Origin: Candidatus Poribacteria bacterium
GTDB taxonomy: Bacteria > Poribacteria > WGA-4E > JAJDTR01
Direction: 5' to 3'
DNA: 63,255 bases
Assembly: GCA_965222225.1 (NCBI GenBank)
Contig: CBDCTK010000001.1
Span: 1-63,255 of the forward strand
The number at the start of each line of letters is the position of its first letter. Position 1 is the first letter of the stretch. Shown here in pieces: positions 44,242-54,633 of this stretch. Position numbers and translations under genes: made by a program. Below the pieces are notes generated by a model. That model was not told where the DNA came from and ran no database searches. It was given only the letters and a program-made list of their open reading frames with translations.

Positions 44242-45300
44242 CTACTCCAACCAAGCATCGGGATTAAGTCCTACGGCACGGGCTTCGTCACAAATAGCTC
44301 CCCACGTAGTTTCGTCAATGGTAATTCCTTCGGCCGATTTGTGTTCGGCGCTACGGAACTCCGGCTCACCTGGCGACAAGATTTCCGAGAATCCGGGTGC
44401 GACGCGGCTTGACTTGACATGCACAATCAAATCCTCAATTTCCTTATAATACGTGTCCAAATTGGTGAAATGTTCGATATTGTAGACCGTGAAGAGAACC
44501 CCATTGCTGACCATCTTCGTTTCGCCTGCCGCACAGCCTTGGCCACTCAACGCCCCGCCCAAAAGTTCTACAACAAAACTAAGTCCGTATCCTTTGTAGG
44601 CGACGACACCACCCATCGGAAGAATCGCGCCTGGCGGATCCGCCTTGAAAGTCCGGGGATCCGTGGTTGGGTTTCCTTGATTATCAATGAGCCACCCTTC
44701 GGGTACGTCTTTCCCTGCATTGATGGCAACTCGGATTTTTCCCTCCGCCACAACCGACGTGGTCATGTCAACAAGGAGTGGATTCTCGTTACGACGCGGC
44801 GCAGCAAAAGCAATCGGGTTGGTCGTAAGGCGGCCATCAATGCCGCCGTAAGGGGCAATCTGGTATCCGAGACGCCCGGCGTTGACAAAAACAAGCCCCA
44901 TCATTTCAGAGCGCGCTGCCATCAAAGCGTACGCCCCGGCTCGTCCGACGTGGCTCGTATTGCGCAACACCACGGTGCTGGTGCCATATTGTTGCGCTTT
45001 CTCAATTGCTAAATTCATGGCGAAATTTCCGCCAATTTGACCGAGCGCGCCTTGGGCATCCACAACAGCGGTACAGGCATTTTCGCGGACGATTACAGGC
45101 GTGGCGCGTGGCTGGAAGGGACCATTTCTGAGGGCGCGGGCATACTCGAAATAGCGAATGGCGCCGTGCGAATCGTGTCCAAATAGGCTCGATTCAACGA
45201 GATGATCGGTCACCGCTTGAGCGTCTTCCGGTGAGCAACCTGCGGCCTCAAACAGGTCGCAGCCGACTTGCCGTAGAGTTTCCGGTTGAAGAGTGGGCAT
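44242..45300 (-). CDS. Ldh_2 family (malate/L-lactate/ureidoglycolate) oxidoreductase
   Basis: GHDSHG, SHVGRAG, TNPIAFAAP, DMTTS, KGYGL, PGEPE. Confidence 0.9.
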   Translation of the reverse strand: MPTLQPETLRQVGCDLFEAAGCSPEDAQAVTDHLVESSLFGHDSHGAIRYFEYARALRNGPFQPRATPVIVRENACTAVVDAQGALGQIGGNFAMNLAIEKAQQYGTSTVVLRNTSHVGRAGAYALMAARSEMMGLVFVNAGRLGYQIAPYGGIDGRLTTNPIAFAAPRRNENPLLVDMTTSVVAEGKIRVAINAGKDVPEGWLIDNQGNPTTDPRTFKADPPGAILPMGGVVAYKGYGLSFVVELLGGALSGQGCAAGETKMVSNGVLFTVYNIEHFTNLDTYYKEIEDLIVHVKSSRVAPGFSEILSPGEPEFRSAEHKSAEGITIDETTWGAICDEARAVGLNPDAWLE

Positions 45301-45373
45301 AATGATTCCTTTCGATTTGAAGATTTTGAGAAGTCAAATGATAAAATCTCGGTTTTTCAAAAATATATCATGG

Positions 45374-46369
45374 TTAGGTAGATGGCATACGCTTATCTAC
45401 TGTGCTCAACTTGACTTGCCACATCCGAGTCGGTTTGATAGGACTGTCAATCCGTCTACGGCCTTGAGTAATCGTCTGGGTTGTTCTTCCGCCAATTTGG
45501 ATGTGCCCTTCTTTGTGTCGGAAGCCGTAAGAGGGGCCGATTTGATTCACGCTTGACCAGGGCCACGCTTGTCCACCGATGAGACGGAATTCATCACCTT
45601 TGCCGCATAACGAATAGAACATGTGCGCTACGTATCTTGCTACGCCGTGCCCGCCGTAATCCGCGGTCTGAAAATCAAATTTCGGTTCCTGTTTCCAATC
45701 TCGTGTCGGTGGTACCGTTCGCCAATAACTATATTTCAGCATGTGGCGTAGCCCTTCTGCCGTGGACTCACCTCGACGGCGGAGTATACTCTGAGAGTGG
45801 ATAACAAACGAACCCGCCGGACCGTCGCTTGAAACACCTTTCTCGGCGATGTCTCGGTTTGTCGAGCGAATATGTGAACCGGGCAGAAGCTCTGTCGGGC
45901 CCATTTCCAACGGTGTATCCTGTGGCAAGTAGAAAACTTCGAGAAAATTAATTTCAGGTCCAAAAATGCGATCTGCGTCGTGGTGCCAGCCTTGGACAGG
46001 CATCGGACACTCAACACGGTGGTTGCTCACCAACACAGGTAACCCGACATTCTTACCGAGCAACGAGCGCAACGCTCCAGCGACTTCGCGATTCAGCAGG
46101 ACATGCTCTATGTACCAATCTTCAAGCAAAATGGTACTCGGTTCGTGTGTATCCCGAATGCGCTCTAAATCGGCATGTGTCACCCCATCGGGCATGAAAC
46201 TCGGATTTATGGGCAAATCGCCGTTGAGATAGTCGTACGTCCGCTGATTAATCTCATCAGGGACGACCCCTTGGAGTTGCAAATAGCCATCGCGGCAGAA
46301 TTGTAGTACCTGTGTATCGGTGAGCGTCGGTTCACAATCAAAGGTGCGGTTTACTTTGTCGTATTTCAT
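45374..46369 (-). CDS. phytanoyl-CoA dioxygenase (PhyH) family protein, possibly degenerate
   Basis: WHHDAD, GPTELLPGSH; the expected distal His position reads ILRRR. Confidence 0.75.
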   Translation of the reverse strand: MKYDKVNRTFDCEPTLTDTQVLQFCRDGYLQLQGVVPDEINQRTYDYLNGDLPINPSFMPDGVTHADLERIRDTHEPSTILLEDWYIEHVLLNREVAGALRSLLGKNVGLPVLVSNHRVECPMPVQGWHHDADRIFGPEINFLEVFYLPQDTPLEMGPTELLPGSHIRSTNRDIAEKGVSSDGPAGSFVIHSQSILRRRGESTAEGLRHMLKYSYWRTVPPTRDWKQEPKFDFQTADYGGHGVARYVAHMFYSLCGKGDEFRLIGGQAWPWSSVNQIGPSYGFRHKEGHIQIGGRTTQTITQGRRRIDSPIKPTRMWQVKLSTVDKRMPST

Positions 46370-46390
46370 CCTTGATTCCCTCACACTTCT

Positions 46391-46623
46391 TATGCCATTT
46401 CTCTAAAATTCAAGTGCATTGATTACGTGGGTGGAGTAAAGAAACTTGTGTGGGTCAAAGTAAGAAGCCATGTCTCAGCGCAAAGTCGGCGGGACAACGC
46501 GATTTCTATCCCACGGGAATTACTATGGGAACTCTATCGCGCGCCTTATTCAGTCGCTTGATCCAAGCCTACGGAGAAGGTGATTAAGACATATACGCAC
46601 TATTATTCAAGCGAAACGGTATA
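46391..46623. mobile_element. MITE-like dispersed repeat, copy 2
   Basis: Left end TATGCCATTTCTCTAAAAT versus reverse complement of right end TATACCGTTTCGCTTGAAT (14/19); homologous to 39579-39827. Confidence 0.7.
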
Positions 46624-46626
46624 AAT

Positions 46627-46656
46627 GGTTGGGTTTCATTGATTCAACCCAACCTA
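46627..46656. repeat. REP-like palindrome
   Basis: GGTTGGGTT-TCATTGATTC-AACCCAACC-TA. Confidence 0.6.
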
Positions 46657-46727
46657 AATGCAAGGTAAGAATTTGCCGGACTTTGCAATCCAGAACGAGC
46701 GGTTCGAGCCTAAATCGAGATGTAAGT

Positions 46728-47717
46728 TTATCGTTGAAAGTTGTGAAACGCGGAGTTTGTTAGCTGTTGAAAAACTTGCTGAACCGTTACGGCGTCGATC
46801 ACGGCGCAACTTTCCGCTCCACAACCGCCGGGATTTCTCCCGGGATGACACGGGTTGCAACCCAGATTCAATTCACTTCGCACCACAATATGCTCCTCGC
46901 CATAGGGGCCGCTCCGGTGATGGTTCGTGGCGCCGAATATGGCGATTACCGATGTGCCAACCGCAGCAGCAATGTGCATGGGACCTGTATCGTTCCCAAG
47001 ATAAACATCGCAGGCCTCAAACAGGGCGGCAACCTGTCGTAAACTTTGGTTTTTTACGACAACGGGCTCCAACTGCGCCGAGTCAGCAACTTGGGTTTGC
47101 AACGAGGATTCATCGGGACCAGTGAACAACAGGATTTGGGCATTCCATCTATCGCACAGGAGATCCGCAATCCGGGAAAAATTCGTCGGCCGCCACAACT
47201 TGTAACGCCAATTTCCGCCGGGATGGATGCCTACTACCGGTCGGTTGTGCGTTATGTTATTTTCGTTCAGGAATTGATCGCGCCCCTCAATTTCCCGATG
47301 AGTAAACTGAAGTTGTGGTCGCGCACCGACTGTGTCAACTCCATGCCGTCGGAGCACCTCAAGGTAGCGAGCCACGGCATGTGTTTCACCGCTTCGCTGC
47401 GCCATTCCCCAATGCGCTCCACCAACGAAGCGTGACCAGAGACTATCCCGAAGATTTATGATCAGATCGAATCGCCTGCTGCGCAACGAGCTGATGAGTC
47501 GACATTTTCCCCTCCAACCGGCGTGCTTGCCTTGATTGTCGTAGACGATAACATGATCGATGCTCGGATCGCCTATGAGGAGATTGAAAGCTCGTGTGCC
47601 GACGAGAAAGGAAATCTGCGCATCGGGAAAATGGCGGCGAAGGGGGTTAATTACCGCTGTCGAGAGGGTCGCATCGCCAATAAAACTGAAACTGAAAACC
47701 AAGATATTTTTAATCAT
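46728..47717 (-). CDS. glycosyltransferase family 9 (heptosyltransferase-like)
   Basis: IGDATLST, IHPGG..KLW, GNDTGPMHIAAAVG, AIFG. Confidence 0.9.
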   Translation of the reverse strand: MIKNILVFSFSFIGDATLSTAVINPLRRHFPDAQISFLVGTRAFNLLIGDPSIDHVIVYDNQGKHAGWRGKCRLISSLRSRRFDLIINLRDSLWSRFVGGAHWGMAQRSGETHAVARYLEVLRRHGVDTVGARPQLQFTHREIEGRDQFLNENNITHNRPVVGIHPGGNWRYKLWRPTNFSRIADLLCDRWNAQILLFTGPDESSLQTQVADSAQLEPVVVKNQSLRQVAALFEACDVYLGNDTGPMHIAAAVGTSVIAIFGATNHHRSGPYGEEHIVVRSELNLGCNPCHPGRNPGGCGAESCAVIDAVTVQQVFQQLTNSAFHNFQR

Positions 47718-47818
47718 GCTCCATGAGACGAGGTACGCGATACGTCTTGCATTAATGAATCTATCGACTCCGAGTTCTAGTACAAATTTCTCCTTTCATC
47801 GGCAAACGTCACAATCAG

Positions 47819-49036
47819 TTAAATCGCAGTTCCCAAACCGTCTTCCGCACTGATTTTTTCTCCCAATGCACGAGCTTTTTCTGCCATTGATTTGGAGGAA
47901 GTTGTCTCGCGGATGCGCCGTGCCAATTTTCCGGCAGTCATATCGCAACGATAAAGCGGTCTCGGTGCAACGCCTAGCTTGTGCAGTCTTTTACCCCAAT
48001 ACGGCTGATTGGCAAGATGGGGAATTACAATTGAGGGTACTCCTGCACGGCAAGCGGACGCTGTAGTGCCCGCACCGCCGTGATGTACCACACATGTCCC
48101 TTGACGAAAAAGGAAATTGTGTGGAACGTACTCGGCGAAGTAGATTGACTGCAGTGACTCAGGTAACTGCAAATTGCCCCACCCTGCCTGAATTATTGCA
48201 CGTTGACCGCTCAGTTCTACCGCTTCTATGAGAATTTGAGTCGATTCGATTGCTCGTGTGCCGCCCATTGAACCGAACGATATGATAACGGGGCGAGCCT
48301 CGTTGTTCAAGAAGTCTTGCAACGCTGATGGAACTTTGTAGTTGGACTCGTCAAGAAACCACGCGCCGGTGTATCTGTGGTTCTTCGGCAAGTCAGATGG
48401 AGGCGGACTAATATGTGGGGAGGCAGCCAACAGATTAAGTTGTCGTGAATACATGCTTTCCACGCCAACCAATCTCCGTTTTTGCCCCCCCCACAGAGGC
48501 GATAAATTGGTTGAAGACCGGATCCGCCCGCTTCCGTATCAGCCATTCCGCAACCTTCCATGCAAGGCGATTCAGATGGGCCCAAGGTTGGGTGCCGGAT
48601 ACGGCGAGTCGTCGGCAGTTTTGATGAAATCCGGACAGTAACTAACAGTTAGCCACGGGAGTTTATTCTTGATTGCCGCTTCTTGTCCGGGCATATCGGC
48701 TGTATGGCAAATCGCGAGGTCGTAGCCCTCCATTCCTCGGAGGCAGTCTTGATACCACTCCTCGGCATCCGCCAAGATTCCGTCTTTCACGATTCGAATT
48801 GCTGATTCAAGGGGGTTTCTGATCCGGACCAAATCGTCCATGAATCCGTGGAACTGATCGAAGTTGAAAGGGACACCAACAGCGTAAAAGTCAACTCCGA
48901 CCTTGGCGAATCGGTTTTGATAAAAGCTGGACGCACATACCCGAATATCATGGCCTGCGGCGACTAACCGTTCCGACAAGGCGACAAATGGGTAGACATC
49001 ACCGGTTGTGCCCCAGGTACTCAATACGATTCGCAT
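47819..49036 (-). pseudogene. GT1-type (sterol/rhamnosyl-transferase-like) glycosyltransferase, disrupted
   Basis: GTTGDVYP N-terminus and HHGGAGTT C-terminus are in the same frame but separated by a shifted segment (indels at ~48575 and at the G8 tract 48485-48492). Confidence 0.8.
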
Positions 49037-49064
49037 GTCAGTTCCAATTCACGAAACGCGATAG

Positions 49065-50144
49065 TCACCCTATCGTTGCTCTCATTTTTTCAGCGCTTAT
49101 GCCCGGGTGTTCACTAACCTTCCGTGCAATTTCGTTCCACACTAAATCGACTGGCAATTTTTTCGTGCACTCCCATCCGATTATGCACTTATGCGCACTG
49201 CATGGCCAGCATGGCATGTCACGCCTCACAATGGTTGCTTTCTCACTGAGTGGTTTCCATGCTACGTGGTCGGTCGGACCGAAGATTGCCACCATGGGCA
49301 CGTTAAGAGCGGCAGCGATGTGCATTGGGCCAGAGTCGTTGCAGATAACAAGCTTACAATATTTCATCAGGGCGGCAAGATTGCGAATTGACTCCGGTGC
49401 ATGGGCAATCGACGAGTAAGTCATAGTTTTCTGTACATTCCGCGTCAGATGTGCTTCGTTGGGACCTCGCAAAATCAGGATTTTAGCATTATATTCACGC
49501 ACCAACCAATCAGCTAGGTGAGCATAATTTTCGCTGGGCCACTGCTTATCAAACGAACTCCCGCCAGGGTGAAGACAAACCAGGAAATCGTTGGGGTGAA
49601 TACCCCAATCCATAAGTTGCTGTTTGGCAAATGAGACTTCATTGTCGAGCAAGTTGAATACAAGCTGCCGATTGCCTTCTCCCGTACAAATCAGGCTTAT
49701 CAACTCCAGATTCCGATCCGCCTCGTGAACATGCCCTTTCTTGTACTTACCTTGCCATCTGTGTGTAAATGTACGTTTGAAACACTTATGATAGCGTCCC
49801 AACCGGTAGCGCGCTCCCGAGAGCAACGTAACGAAGTTCGACCATGAAGCAGTGCGCATGGCAATAGCGAGATCGAATTCTTGACGGTTCAAATCGTGAT
49901 AGAATCTCAATCGATTCCGCAGTCGCCGATGAGTACCCTCTCGGTGAAAAATCAAGACTCGATTGACATGGGGATTGCCGGTTAAAACCGGCGCATTCAG
50001 CGGTTGGGCGAGTACGCAAATCTCCGCGTCAGGGTAATTCTCACGCAGCAGTGCGATTGCGGGTGTGGAGTTGAGCAAATCGCCGATGCCGTCGTTGCGA
50101 ACAATCAGGATTTTGTTGATGTTGGGGAGTAGGCGATTGGACAT
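49065..50144 (-). CDS. glycosyltransferase family 9 (heptosyltransferase-like)
   Basis: KILIVRNDGIGD, HPGGS..KQWP, CNDSGPMHIAAAL, IFGPT. Confidence 0.9.
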   Translation of the reverse strand: MSNRLLPNINKILIVRNDGIGDLLNSTPAIALLRENYPDAEICVLAQPLNAPVLTGNPHVNRVLIFHREGTHRRLRNRLRFYHDLNRQEFDLAIAMRTASWSNFVTLLSGARYRLGRYHKCFKRTFTHRWQGKYKKGHVHEADRNLELISLICTGEGNRQLVFNLLDNEVSFAKQQLMDWGIHPNDFLVCLHPGGSSFDKQWPSENYAHLADWLVREYNAKILILRGPNEAHLTRNVQKTMTYSSIAHAPESIRNLAALMKYCKLVICNDSGPMHIAAALNVPMVAIFGPTDHVAWKPLSEKATIVRRDMPCWPCSAHKCIIGWECTKKLPVDLVWNEIARKVSEHPGISAEKMRATIG

Positions 50145-50372
50145 TGGAAACTGGACATTCAGGAGGCGGTTAAGAACTTGAATTTCTCTATCATGTGCCA
50201 GATGAATCAAGCTGCTGCAATCTGAAACATACAAATTCTATCATATCACACGGGGGGAGGTTTATCCAGAAAAAAGAGAATAAGGTTTTGATGCTTCCCT
50301 GAGTGTACCACTTGCTACGGGATTGGAATTGCCTTAACCGCCGTGAAATGAGTCGAGTGCTAGTCTTCTCGG

Positions 50373-51695
50373 TTATCCCAAATCCCGTTGCAGTTCTTCT
50401 TCCGACGCTGAATCCGCAACCGTGCCGGGTGGGTATTGATACCAGCCTGGATCGTCATAGCTGGCGAGGTTCTCACGGACTTTCAAAATGGTAAACATTC
50501 CGCCCATTGTGATGTAGCCAAACGGGCCGTATGCTCCGACCATCGGTATGCTATTCTCAGGTACCGCCATGTGGCCCGATTCGACATGAATTCCGTGATC
50601 GCCCATGCCAGTCTCGCCCATGGTCATGTATTTGGGCAGGAACTGGCGGATTTTCCGGTCAAGCCCGTCTTTTTTGATTCCAATCACATTAGGGAAATCG
50701 TGTCCCATCTGGTTCATGACATGGTGCGTCATATGACAATGCATCGCCCAGTCGCCGGGTTCGCTCGCAACAAACTCAATGTCTCGTGTTGCACCAACGG
50801 GAACTAGGGTTGTGGTTTCGGGGCGCTGCGCGGAATCGGGAATTTGTCCGCCATCGGTAGCGGTTATCTTGAAGTAGTGCCCGTGAAGGTGGATGGGATG
50901 GTGGTCCATCGCGCTCAAATTTCCGAATCGAATCCGCACTCGATCTCCCAGTTTGGCAACCAGCGGTTCAGTACCGGGATAACATTTTGCGTTCATTGTT
51001 AGTACGTTGAAATCGGTCATCTCGTTGGGATTAGGTGTCGCTATTCCGGGATCGATTCGCCATTCACTCAACATAATAGCGAAATCACGGTCAACCGCGT
51101 AATCAGGATGGGGTTTTCTTGGATGGAAAATCATCATGCCCATCATTCCCATCGCCATCTGGGTCATTTCGTCATGATGGGAATGATACATGAATGTTCC
51201 CGATTGTCGTACCGTCCACTCGTATTTGAATGTCTCACCCGGCTCAATGGCGCGTTGATTCAATCCCCCAACACCATCCATCCCGTTCGGCAGGAATACT
51301 CCGTGCCAGTGGACGGTGGTCGGTGCTTGGAGACGATTTGTTACGTAAACTCGAATTCGATCGCCTTCTACAGCTTCAATAGTTGGACCGTGCACCTGTC
51401 CGTTGTAGCCCCAGCATTTGGCTTTCAAACCGGGGGCAAACTCATTGGATACCTCCTCCGCGATAAGGTGATACACCTTGACCTGATCCGAAATCTTCCA
51501 CGCAAGTGGCGTACCGCTCGGAGTAATTACCGGACTATAGTCTTTATTGGGAAGCCCCGGTTCTAACATTGGACGGTTGGCGACCCCCGCGTATGATTTC
51601 TCCCAACGGGTCTCCGTGGCATCTAGCCGCGACGCACCCAAGGCAACTGCCCCGCCTGCGATCGCACTTGTTTTCAGTAAATCTCGTCGGTTCAT
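50373..51695 (-). CDS. Tat-exported multicopper oxidase (two-domain type)
   Basis: MNRRDLLK Tat motif; HWHG, YHSH, HPIHLHGH, HCHMTHH. Confidence 0.92.
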   Translation of the reverse strand: MNRRDLLKTSAIAGGAVALGASRLDATETRWEKSYAGVANRPMLEPGLPNKDYSPVITPSGTPLAWKISDQVKVYHLIAEEVSNEFAPGLKAKCWGYNGQVHGPTIEAVEGDRIRVYVTNRLQAPTTVHWHGVFLPNGMDGVGGLNQRAIEPGETFKYEWTVRQSGTFMYHSHHDEMTQMAMGMMGMMIFHPRKPHPDYAVDRDFAIMLSEWRIDPGIATPNPNEMTDFNVLTMNAKCYPGTEPLVAKLGDRVRIRFGNLSAMDHHPIHLHGHYFKITATDGGQIPDSAQRPETTTLVPVGATRDIEFVASEPGDWAMHCHMTHHVMNQMGHDFPNVIGIKKDGLDRKIRQFLPKYMTMGETGMGDHGIHVESGHMAVPENSIPMVGAYGPFGYITMGGMFTILKVRENLASYDDPGWYQYPPGTVADSASEEELQRDLG

Positions 51696-51696
51696 T

Positions 51697-53205
51697 TCAA
51701 TGTCCTCCGTGTCCGTTTTCCAGAGTGGCTTCGGACGAGCCACCGGGTAGTGATTTAATGTTGGCGGACGGTAAAATAAATTTAGCTGCCAATGCTGGTT
51801 CTAACAGTCTACCAGCAAGGATTTGATCCAGCTCAACGCGTGCCACATGGTAGTTGTAGAGCGATCGAACATACGCTCGTACAATCTCGATTTCTTGCTG
51901 TTTTGCCAGTAGCAACCGAGGAGTCCCAACCTGCATGGCGTTATATTGCAGCTGCACCTGCTCGACGATTTTGCGTCGTAAAGGAAGTATTTCATTTTGA
52001 TAAAACAGCGCAGTTTGTCGAGCGGTTGTCAAGCGGCGTCGAGCGGCACGCACGGCAGCGCGGATCTCGACACCTAGGGCGTGAAATTCTTGTTGACGTC
52101 GGCGCAGTTCGGATTTTCCCGTAGCAATTTTCCCTTGATTCCGATTAAAGATTGGGATTTCAAATCCAATCAATGGACCAGTTGCCCAATCGCCCGCAGT
52201 ATGTTCTATTTCCATGCCAAGATCCAAGCTAGGAACTAGCTTTGTTGCTTTAGCGATTCCAAGTTGCTTTCCTATGGCGATTATTTTTTGTCGAGCGAGG
52301 GCAAGGTCAATACTGTTCTCAATTGCAATCTTCTCAAGGCCTTCAAGTTTCATAGGATTCGCCGGAGCATCCGGGAGTGGTGATGCTACACTCCATGAAA
52401 CGTTCTCGCCCCACAGTCCCATCAGCGAGTTAAGTTCTTCACGACTTTCTGCCACTTCCAGTTCTGCAGACGCCAAATCCAATTGCGCATCTCCGCTTAG
52501 GCTTTGCTGAAACAGCAGGTCAAGCTCAAGAATGTTCCCCGCTTCGAATAGGCGTTGGGTAAATTCGTATCCTGTTTTGGTTGCCTCGGCAATCTGCCGG
52601 GACATTTCCAGCATCTGTTCCGCGGTCTGCGCACGGTAATATGCTAGGCGTGTTTGTGCCGCCAGATCCATAATGGCTGCCGTGACGCGAAGTTTCGCCG
52701 CCTCGTATTCGGTTTCGGCAACCGATGTTCGCATTCGTGCATGCAGAATGGAAAGGAAATCCATCCCAACCTCAAGGACGTATTCTCCTCCGCTTGCGTG
52801 ACCATGGTCATCCGAATGCCCGAATGTTGCGCCCCCGTGAAATTTTGGATTCGTGGCTAAGCCTGCATCAACGACCATTGCTTGACCGATGCCCAACTCT
52901 TCGTAGACCGCTTGCAAGCGGCGATTGTTCAACAGTGCAATCTGGACCGCGGCATCGGCGGTGAGCGTCTCTTCAAGAAGTCTGCGAATGGATTGTGCCA
53001 CTTTCTTTTCCGTATCTGCGCTACGATTCCAGAGTACGGTGTAGTCGATACGTTGTTCCACCTCGTCTTGAATGGCGGACAAACTAACCTGTTGCGACAC
53101 ACCAGCGCAACCTGACGCAACAATCATCACGGCAAAGGTCAGAGGAATAAAGTGGAGCGCCGGGCGGTAGGTATGCGCCCCGGCGCTATTCGTGTAGTTG
53201 AACAT
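51697..53205 (-). CDS. TolC-family outer membrane lipoprotein, copper-resistance associated
   Basis: ASGC lipobox, AVQIALLNNRRLQA, EIPIFNRNQG; ATG 53205 after GGAGG. Confidence 0.85.
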   Translation of the reverse strand: MFNYTNSAGAHTYRPALHFIPLTFAVMIVASGCAGVSQQVSLSAIQDEVEQRIDYTVLWNRSADTEKKVAQSIRRLLEETLTADAAVQIALLNNRRLQAVYEELGIGQAMVVDAGLATNPKFHGGATFGHSDDHGHASGGEYVLEVGMDFLSILHARMRTSVAETEYEAAKLRVTAAIMDLAAQTRLAYYRAQTAEQMLEMSRQIAEATKTGYEFTQRLFEAGNILELDLLFQQSLSGDAQLDLASAELEVAESREELNSLMGLWGENVSWSVASPLPDAPANPMKLEGLEKIAIENSIDLALARQKIIAIGKQLGIAKATKLVPSLDLGMEIEHTAGDWATGPLIGFEIPIFNRNQGKIATGKSELRRRQQEFHALGVEIRAAVRAARRRLTTARQTALFYQNEILPLRRKIVEQVQLQYNAMQVGTPRLLLAKQQEIEIVRAYVRSLYNYHVARVELDQILAGRLLEPALAAKFILPSANIKSLPGGSSEATLENGHGGH

Positions 53206-53212
53206 AATATCT

Positions 53213-54049
53213 TTAATGCCCCTCCTTCGTATGACTACGGTGATTATGAGCGCCCTGCTCGTGCATGTGATGTTCATGTTCCGGCGCTTCGTGCGAGGAT
53301 TCTTTGGTAGCAGCGGCGGACACTTGAGTTTGCTCACTGTAACACCTGAGCATTGAACTGCCAAAGTACGGGTTGCGCGCGGGGGCTCCCTTCTGTAGCC
53401 AGACACCCCCCTGCGGGACATCGGAAGCCATGCCACAGATATATTTGTAAACCGGCTTTTCATCACTTGTCGGCGCACCAATCGGGGCGATGAGGTGGTT
53501 AACGGATTCGCTGAGCGCTCCGTAAATGCCCCTCGCCGTTTTGATGTCGGAAGTATCGGCGAGTTCATGGCCGTAGTCGTGGATTGCCAGAGTGTGGTCT
53601 TTGTGAGATTCCCACAACTCCACCGGGGCTTCGGTTTCAAGAGTATGGAAGGCTTCGAGCATCTCATGCGTCTTCGCATTGACATGTTCCATAGTGTCAG
53701 ATGCTAGTTGGTCGCCGATGGCGAAATAGGCATCCAACAGCCTTTCCAAGGCGTCTTCGCTTGCTTCCGACAGTGAGACCGTAACATGGTGCTCCATTTC
53801 TTCTGCATGCGACGCCCTGTCTGGTGTCATCACATCCGTCGAGGGTTCGAAGGCAGTTTGCGGCGCTTCGGCATTCGCCGGGTGGGCATGCGGGACCACA
53901 AACTCATCGGTCTTCGCGCCGCACCCGATTTGCAACAGAAACACAATGAGAAATCCAATCGTAAACATCGATACAATGCCTCGCATTGTGAGGGCGTTGA
54001 TTACATCTGTCTTGTGTGGATTGTGAATTCTGAACGACATCAGATACAC
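53213..54049 (-). CDS. DUF3347-like His-rich metal-binding lipoprotein
   Basis: YFAIGDQLASD, CGMA..WLQ..NPYFGSSMLRC, His-rich tail. Confidence 0.75.
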   Translation of the reverse strand: MYLMSFRIHNPHKTDVINALTMRGIVSMFTIGFLIVFLLQIGCGAKTDEFVVPHAHPANAEAPQTAFEPSTDVMTPDRASHAEEMEHHVTVSLSEASEDALERLLDAYFAIGDQLASDTMEHVNAKTHEMLEAFHTLETEAPVELWESHKDHTLAIHDYGHELADTSDIKTARGIYGALSESVNHLIAPIGAPTSDEKPVYKYICGMASDVPQGGVWLQKGAPARNPYFGSSMLRCYSEQTQVSAAATKESSHEAPEHEHHMHEQGAHNHRSHTKEGH

Positions 54050-54165
54050 CTCCGTTTGGCTAAAATAATCGCAAATAGATTAGGGTATTCCGACTCAAAG
54101 CGTAGAAATACCCACAAATTAGTAGATTCTCAGTTTTCAAATTCGGAAAAAGCATTGATGTGAAA

Positions 54166-54633
54166 TTAGGCGAAAGAAAACGGAGGTGCGCGAGGCGAAA
54201 TTTGGTAAGAGGGTGGATCTAGGATGGGAACCGGATAACGGTTCAGGGCGACGGTAGAATGCGCAGAAAAGACGGGAATCGCAAGACGGGGAATGATTAC
54301 AGCGACTGATGACAGGGACTTTTCTAATGTCTGGGAGAAGCGCTGGTATTCGCTGGCTTTAAGTATTCCGAGATGGTCTAGGCAACAGTTGTCACTTCCT
54401 TCATCAGAGTCATTGTCGGGGGTAGTTTCCCTGTTCCTAGTGTGGCAGCATGTCGAGCTACTAGAGTGTGTTTCCGAGAATTGCGAAACCGAGGCTATGC
54501 CTTGGTTTTTAGGTTGGCTCACAGTGAAGACACTACAAGTCTGAGTTCCCAGCGAGGGGCACAGAACCGGACAAAGGAAATAGACCGAAAATATCGAAAG
54601 TAAGAGTAGAATAACGGTTGTTTTGGGGTTCAT
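54166..54633 (-). CDS. hypothetical Cys-rich protein typical of heavy-metal loci
   Basis: N-terminal hydrophobic segment, CC pairs, terminal RAPP motif. Confidence 0.55.
   Translation of the reverse strand: MNPKTTVILLLLSIFSVYFLCPVLCPSLGTQTCSVFTVSQPKNQGIASVSQFSETHSSSSTCCHTRNRETTPDNDSDEGSDNCCLDHLGILKASEYQRFSQTLEKSLSSVAVIIPRLAIPVFSAHSTVALNRYPVPILDPPSYQISPRAPPFSFA

Noticed and set aside
53206-53685. 160-aa N-terminal extension of the TolC ORF
   Set aside because: It overlaps the DUF3347 gene in another frame; ATG 53205 has an RBS and precedes the signal peptide
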